64,000 nt of DNA from assembly GCA_964035545.1 (NCBI GenBank), contig OZ037768.1, positions 11,316,741-11,380,740 of the forward strand. The letters run 5' to 3'. How positions within the stretch are numbered: the stretch's first letter is position 1; every line of letters begins with the position of its first letter. Under the pieces are notes generated by a model, which was given only the letters and a program-made list of their open reading frames with translations, had not been told where the DNA came from and ran no database searches. The stretch is from Bugula neritina (lineage: Eukaryota > Animalia > Bryozoa). Made by a program: the position numbers and the translations under genes. Positions 56,801 through 64,000 of this stretch are shown in pieces.

Positions 56801-59800
56801 TGAATAGCAAGGCTAGTATGCCAACCATTCCGATGTTGTAACACATGTAAATGTTGAAACTTGTCACTTCGGATTTTTAAAATCAAGTTAAATTTACCAC
56901 ATATGAGTCAACTACACTTACCCTGAACTGTCCTGGGTGGATCTTTCTGTTTCCAACGTGTATATGATCTCCAGTAGTGTCAAGAAAAGCAGGAAATGTT
57001 CTTTGGAATGATTGAGATTCGATGGTGCCGCAATCAACTCTAAGTCCTACTACATTGTCAGCCACTGTCACGATGATTGTATGCCACTCATCATCATATA
57101 GTTTCTTGTTAAAGCTGATTGATTTCCTACCAGGCTGTATTTTATTATCACTGTAAAACATAGTAACTTGTTCTCTAGACACACTGAGACCTAGCTTAAG
57201 ATGGACGCTAGTTTCTGGTATGAGACTAAATAGATAGCCGTCTTCCCAAATGGGAATATCGGCATCAGGCGAAAGTCTGAAAGTCGCTAATATGGAGTAT
57301 TCTTCTGGCCAGTAGGTACATCTTGTAAAAATATCCGATGCGGCAAAATTTATGTTTCCAGCGTGTTCACCAAGTTTATAGGCGTGTATGCTGTATTCTT
57401 CATCATAAACTATGCTCACACCTCGAGGTAAGCTATATCTGTTGGGTATTACATGATTTAGAAGGTATAAAGGCTTTAAATCTGAAATAGAAATTATAAA
57501 TCAATGTCATCAGTAAAAAGGAGTTCCATGTATCTTATACCTGACGAATATTTTCAAAATTGATCAATTTTAACCAGATTCAAAGGTTCTATACTCTAGA
57601 GCAGCATAATGGTCTGGTTATACTACAATACAGCCCATTTATAATAGTAATAATTATAGTATATAGTATATATATATATGTTATATGTGAGTTCTTTTCA
57701 CACACTAAGACAAAGTTATACGTTTTTCTCATAAACTACTTGATTCTATATCTGCTATGAATCTAGTTTCTCAGGTCAAGTGCTTACTATACAAGACAGG
57801 TGCACTCCTCCTAACTTTCTTATCTAGAAATTCACTAATATGAAATCTATATTATGAACTATGCAGCAAGCGTGTAAGAGTTGTAAGCTCTACATTGTAT
57901 TATACACAACACTAGCATCTAACACCTTGTATGCACTTGACAACTGATCATAAATCTGATAACTCAAAAATTTACAAACTTCAAACAACTAGTGTGTTTG
58001 TTTTTGTATTTCTACAGGTCATTATGCTAAGAGAATAAAGAGTGGATACTCCTTTCTTGTTTCTAGTTTATGATACTATTAGGTGATAATGATGCACAAT
58101 TATCAAACTGATGCATCTTCACAATACAAATAATAATTTCACACATCAAAAATAAGTTTTGCACTAAATTAATTTAACAACTGCATATTCTCTTGTACCA
58201 AATGCTATTGATATTCATCTTTTTCACACAAATCGCTTGCAAACTACTCGGCATAAATGACCCTAACCATTTTTTCAAATGAAGAAGTCTTTAATTCATG
58301 CTTTTTGCATCGGTTATGTTTAAGCTTTTAACCCTCACTGCCTAAAAAGTTGAAAACATATTTAACCAATGATTGCTTAGCCTCATGAGAATAATTTGAA
58401 AGACCCAATTATATGTTGCTTTATTTTTACATCCAAAAAAGTTGAAACTATACCTTTGCTAATTGTTACGAGTCTGAATTCTACGACAACCGTTCGCAAT
58501 ATGTAAACAGAACCATCCATTGCAGACTTTAATAAAACCAAGCAAATAATTTGAGTTGTTCAATTTTGAGCAAATATTGATAGCATCAAAATAAAGCTTG
58601 CTATCTGATAAGACAAAACTTTATTTTGATTTCTGACAGATTTTACATTTGACTAAAGTTACATGATAGTTAATTGCTCAACGTGATAACCTCTGAACTA
58701 GTATATATATAAAACAAAGAAGGTAGTGCTGTGTACTGTATATGCTAATATTGTTCCTCTTTCTCACATGTTTACCGTTTGAGTCCAAGAGACTAGATTG
58801 AAAAACCACAGTGATTTATACAAGCTCTTTAATCTTGTATCTATAAGTTTTAAAATGATACTGTATACTTTGCATACAAGAGCTGTGTATGCCCAGTCTC
58901 GCAACAATCTAAATAATATGCCAATAGAATTCATAACCCTAATCAAGTAATCAAATATATAAGGGTTGGTTACAAGTAGCCCCTAAAAATAAATAAAAAT
59001 TGGTTTTCTTTGCATCCTGAGAGTTGTCTTTTAAGGACCACTTTAGCCCATTGACAATTGATGAAGATCAAAGAAAACCGGCATGACTTATGAAAGGGTT
59101 TGGGGATTAATTATTCTTGAACAGTCTGCATACTTTTTGGTAAAGCTTTGTGCAGGCATTGAAATTTCTTAGCTCAGTATAATCTTAGATTTATTATTAA
59201 ATACAAATTAAATTAGATTTAATAATCAGACCCTAAATAAAAACAAAATAATCAAATCTCATTACATTTTGCAATCAAATACAAAGGGGTGCATTCCTTA
59301 AATTTATAACATGTGTAGGCACTTTGATATTATATTCCAGCTATTCAAAAAATGAACTCGTATTTAGGCTGCCCCTTATAATAACAGAGCCATGAGGTTA
59401 CATAATGATTAACATGAAGGACACGCAGTAATTACATTGTGACTATTATAAAAACAAAATTTACTATATATATACACTAGGTATTGCAGCAGTACTCATG
59501 TTTTGCAAAGACTCCTCCACTATTATGGTAATTAACAGTGCTGTAAGAAATCATAAGAAAGTTGTAGCCTCTATATGGCTTCACCACGGTTCACTTTATT
59601 ATATTGCACTTTGTCTTTGTGGTCAAGCAGATAAATAATAAAAGATAAACTGAATATATCATTATTAATATGCATACAACTGATGAAGTTAACATACAAG
59701 TGATAGTAGGATATCGGCATACTTCAAAATAATTCTATTAAGATGCTATATATTCTATAGTGTATCTGTAAGAAACAGATTTTAAATGAGCACGCATATG

Positions 59801-60664
59801 TAATGATTATTTTGTTATATTTCTTATGTTGAATGAAAGTCGGTAGGTTTGGAGTGTGGGTTAAACATGGCAACTTTTAAGATCACAAATCCAGGACAAA
59901 TGTTAGATACTGCTTAAAGCTTCACATTCCCTCACATGCATTTAAATGAAGAACACAACTCGTGCTCTAGGCAGACATGTTGTAGCAGTGTGATCATGCT
60001 AGTCTTTTAAAGTCAGTTACACAAATACTATATCAAGTTAGCAATGCTTTGCATGATGTGGAATCAAAATTCTGGCATTAAACAGCAAGTATACACACTA
60101 TTCTGGTAGGTTTAACTAACTAACCGTGACCCAAATCAAAATTAATTAGGTCAATATTTCTACTTGATTAATCTAAAATTCTAAAAAAAAACTTAGGCAT
60201 GTAGTTGCATATTTATAGCAGTCACATTTTATAACAAGCAAAAAATAAATAATTGATTTCCAATTACACACAAACTTTTTGAAGAACATGGGGCATATAT
60301 TGGAAGGTCATACACCCTTCTCACAGTTATATGGTAGAGTTAAACAAACTGAATAAGCATATAGAAAATTTAAGTTCATCTGCTAGAACATAACTATATA
60401 TTGCTTTAAGATCATGATAAACAAAAATTAGCTATTACAGTACTCTCACTTTAAATAATTAGTAACTACACTATAGTTTTAAGCTACCATAATATTATAA
60501 AGTAATAAAGAGTTAGAAGATATATTACTCAATCACATAAGGTTTTAGATTAGATGTGATTAGTGTATACCTGTACATGTGTGAATACTGAGTGGCATCA
60601 GGTATCCTGTCCTGATCATTTGTAATATAAGATATATCAGAGTGTAGATGAATTTAGTACACAT
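44803..60664 (-). CDS. TSPEAR: Thrombospondin-type laminin G domain and EAR repeat-containing protein (TSPEAR-like), ~710 aa, 10 coding exons
   Basis: Exons 60664-60571, 57481-56922, 54889-54769, 53645-53499, 51334-51181, 49714-49606, 47312-47105, 46012-45738, 45424-45240 and 45082-44803. All are GT-AG with consistent phases, 2133 nt in total. Hydrophobic N-terminus, CTDLKPL, TSPN/LamG (PEEYSILAT, DDEWHTI, VDCG, GMIKQLLVLPG..CP) and seven EAR repeats (F..HQ.IPT...DWEYF....YLAVAN...IY.W). Confidence 0.92.
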
Positions 60665-62774
60665 TATCAGCCGTCTAGAAAGCCCCTAACAAGCTTACAT
60701 TTCTCCTGCAAAAGGAAAGTCATAGCCTCAAATAGTCTAAAAATATCTAGAAACCAACTTATTAGCTGCATATTTAACAGGCATACAACCAATAGGATAG
60801 CATAATTACTGCCATCGCTAGCTTTTAACTTGAAAAACACATTTCAAGCTCAACAAAAACTAAATATAATCATGCTGATGCATTTAACTTTGATAGCTTT
60901 TATATTAACAACCGCATTAATGAGCAAACAGTTTAAAGCTGTCCTGTCAAAATTTGCAAAAAAACTTCATATTTTCATATACTGCTACTAACTAAAGTAA
61001 AAGTTTAGCCTTACCTTTTTAACTTCTTGCAGATCTTATAAAAAGAAAGTACAGCCAACTTCTCTTGGATATGTAGGCTAAGTTCATACATTAGGCATAA
61101 GGCTAAGCGAGTAAGCTGATGGTGGTCTAGACGTTGTAGATTATCTTGCTAAAACTTATATAGTACAACGTAAAAGATTCTATATCGCAGCAGAAGTCTT
61201 GCTCTGGTTAAATGAGCCTCTGAAAACATGCAGTGCCTGTTTTATAGAAGTGTTGCTCTTCTGTTGCTCTTCCTAAGCTCGTGTGTACAGCTTCAGGCTA
61301 TGGCCAGTGAGTGAATAATGAGCAAGTCATAATATTTTGAAGCAAATATCTATTCACCTGACTATTAATTCATGGTTGACAAGCAGAAGAAAGAATTTAG
61401 ATGCAAGCAGCTTTGTGATTGGCTATACCTTATCATTGTCATCTAATCTTTTTCACTAATTAAAGCCAATGAGAAGTGCCCAAGGTCTGTGAATGACCCT
61501 GCTATTCATAGTATTGCGCAATTTAATCTATGCAATAATGGCAATAAAGCTTTTTTATAATGAATGAAAAACTGCGAGTGTTCCTGTGGCTGCTGGTTTA
61601 TTGAACATCGAACACCCAGAGTGTAAGATCATAAATCATCAAACTGTTATTACATTTGTAAATGATCAAAACTGTTGGAAACAGAAAATCCACCAGGTTT
61701 TTTCTCCATAAATATATAGTAATAATAAAGTATACGACATAGAACTTGTAAGAGACCAACAGCTTCTAAAACACCAATATAAATTATAAGTAATCTACTG
61801 TATCTTCTAAAGTAAATGGCACTGTGTAAGATTCTATAATATCAAGAACTAAAATCTACAAATGCAAACTTCGCCTGACTTTTTCACAAAAAATATGCAC
61901 AAAAGCAAAATAGAGTTGGCAAAAACATTCTATAAAGCAAAGTTAATGAGCCACTAAGTACCATTTAAAAATTTTTTAATAAGTCACAAAAATTTGGCAC
62001 AAACCTGATATGCAAGTATTTTAGAAATTGCAGAAAATACAGAAGATGTTTGGTGCAAAGAGCAGCCTAAAAACATTTCATGGATGAATGAAAAAGTTTC
62101 TTGAAAATCAAATTGACCAAATCCCATTATTTTAAATGCTAAGCACTGAGATAACATAAACTAGCATTCTTGTAATAGTGACCATAATTACTCTGGCACT
62201 CAATATGTAAGGATTTCCTTAGTGCTACCCTGATAGAACTTTTATTTATTATAGACACAACAGTTTCCTCAAACTAAAATGTAATAAAAAGTGACTAATG
62301 TATATATTAATTCTGAAGTGGTTTATACTCTATTCAGAGTTGCTGGTGACTACACAAAGAAATTATCTATGACACTACAAAATGGCTATACAAATTACTA
62401 AAATGTGAGTGCTACCTTGAACCCAATGATGGATGCAAGTAGACAACTCTTAAGTATTATCATTCCTTGAGGTTTAGGAATTATTAAATTAGTTATTGAA
62501 TTTCAAAAAACCGAATAATCTACCCCTGATAGTTTTTATTCAAATTATTTTCATTTCAAGACTTGCCTGCTGCCTATTACTGCTGACTAATGTCATATTA
62601 CAGGTCCTTAGGTTAAACCAGTCAGTCCTAGCACTAGACAATCCTCCATTTAACAACATATCAGTAGTAAAATATGCTCTGGGCAAACGCTAAGAGTGCT
62701 ATATGCATAAAGTTCATCTATGAATGATAGTATATAACCAGTAGGTATGATGGCGATAGTGACAGAAGCTATGC

Positions 62775-63000
62775 GTAATAGAGCATAGCATAACATAGCA
62801 TAGCATATAATATAGCATAAGATAATAAAGCTTAGAATAATATAGCATAGCAATATAATGTAGCATAGCATTAAATTATATAACATAATATAGTATAACA
62901 AAATATAGCAATAAAGCATAATATAATGAAACATAGTATAGCATAATGCATATACTAAATTAACATTGCATAGCTTAGCATATTATTAAAATATAATGCA
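62775..63000. repeat. Degenerate pentanucleotide microsatellite (ATAGC/ATAAT)n
   Basis: Directly visible; it explains ORF 62650-62934. Confidence 0.85.
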
Positions 63001-64000
63001 ACATGTGTAGTACTTACCGTGCTAGCTATCTTATATTTCATTGGTTGGTTTATAATCTTAAAATAGCTTTACGTTCACTTTTTAGACTCAGCAACAAGCA
63101 ACTCCATACCGGGATACCTTTGCGCAGTTGTGTGCAGCACCCACAATGTTTCTAGCAATCCAAGATGCCAAAAATATCATTTTAAATACATAAATACTTA
63201 TATATATTATTGGTATGCGCCAGTATTATGCTAAATACTTGGCAAATTGTTACTAGGTATATGTGATGCAACATTCTGCAAAAATAAATACTTACGCCTA
63301 ATTATCTTATCACTTGATTCCTTATCTGTTTGATGCAAGCAATAGTTTGGGTTAAGTTTTACCCTGAAAATAAAACCAAGTGCCATTGATGGATTGCCTG
63401 TCTGTAGATAAGAGTTACTCAAGTTCTCAATAATCTAGGCATATTCTATAGCCTTAAATATTCACAGTTCACCCTATGCTAATTATTAGACTGTGAGCTA
63501 CAAGAATGAACGTTTCTTTTGATGTATATTTTTGAGTGCACAATGTTAGTAGCTTTCTTTAATGAATGCTAATTTATATAAGACTCTCCTTTGATACATG
63601 AAACTGTTCTGTTTTATTACACACACCTTCAGCATATTATAAAGAAAATTCATACTTAAGCAGTTATGCATAGAAACCAAATTGGAGGAATGTTCTTGAT
63701 AATTATGGATATCATGTTTTCCTCCATTTAACTTCTGATAGGTATCGCATGCCAACCTCAATATAAATCTTATTCTGCTTTCTATTACTACTTACTATCA
63801 TAACTCCTAATTTACTATTTGCTTCAACTTTTTAAAATATAAAAATATTTTTTGCTTCCACCATAAATGTAAAGAGGAATTGACCAAAATAGTAAAGGTA
63901 AATTGTGCTAGGCAAGGATTTCATAGAGGCATTTACTAGACAAAAATTAAGAATAATATGCGGTTTCAAATTATTGGTTATGTAATAAATTAAGTTCAGA

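Overview
This is AT-rich eukaryotic DNA from an animal, probably a lophotrochozoan invertebrate judging by the 5S sequence (inference, not a database result). No prokaryotic features or CRISPR arrays were seen. (1) 1-29371 is the right-hand end of a tandem 5S rDNA array: 30 minus-strand 5S genes in 788-789 bp units, with mosaic block duplications, one gene-less unit and recurrent 5S variants. The repeated 73-aa ORF is only the 5S gene read as protein. (2) 23431-29065 is a full-length 5635-bp Ty3/Gypsy LTR retrotransposon of Gmr1-type organisation (gag-PR-IN-RT-RH). It has apparently identical 516-bp LTRs, a CTGAT target duplication, a tRNA-Pro-like PBS, a PPT and one in-frame TAA in the integrase. 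It sits about 60 bp downstream of the outermost 5S gene. (3) 29.4-34.3 kb is a decayed flank with an RTE-like LINE scrap, a C2H2 zinc-finger pseudogene, a MITE nested in a foldback element and (TA)n. (4) 36093-43467 (+) is a five-coding-exon gene for a ~605-aa coiled-coil protein with a death-domain-like C-terminus; its introns hold a Kolobok-like element and a tRNA-derived SINE. (5) 44803-60664 (-) is a ten-coding-exon TSPEAR-like gene (signal peptide, TSPN/LamG, 7 EAR repeats, ~710 aa). The best candidate for something new is a possibly Pol III/5S-associated Gmr1-type retrotransposon, but a single insertion cannot demonstrate targeting.
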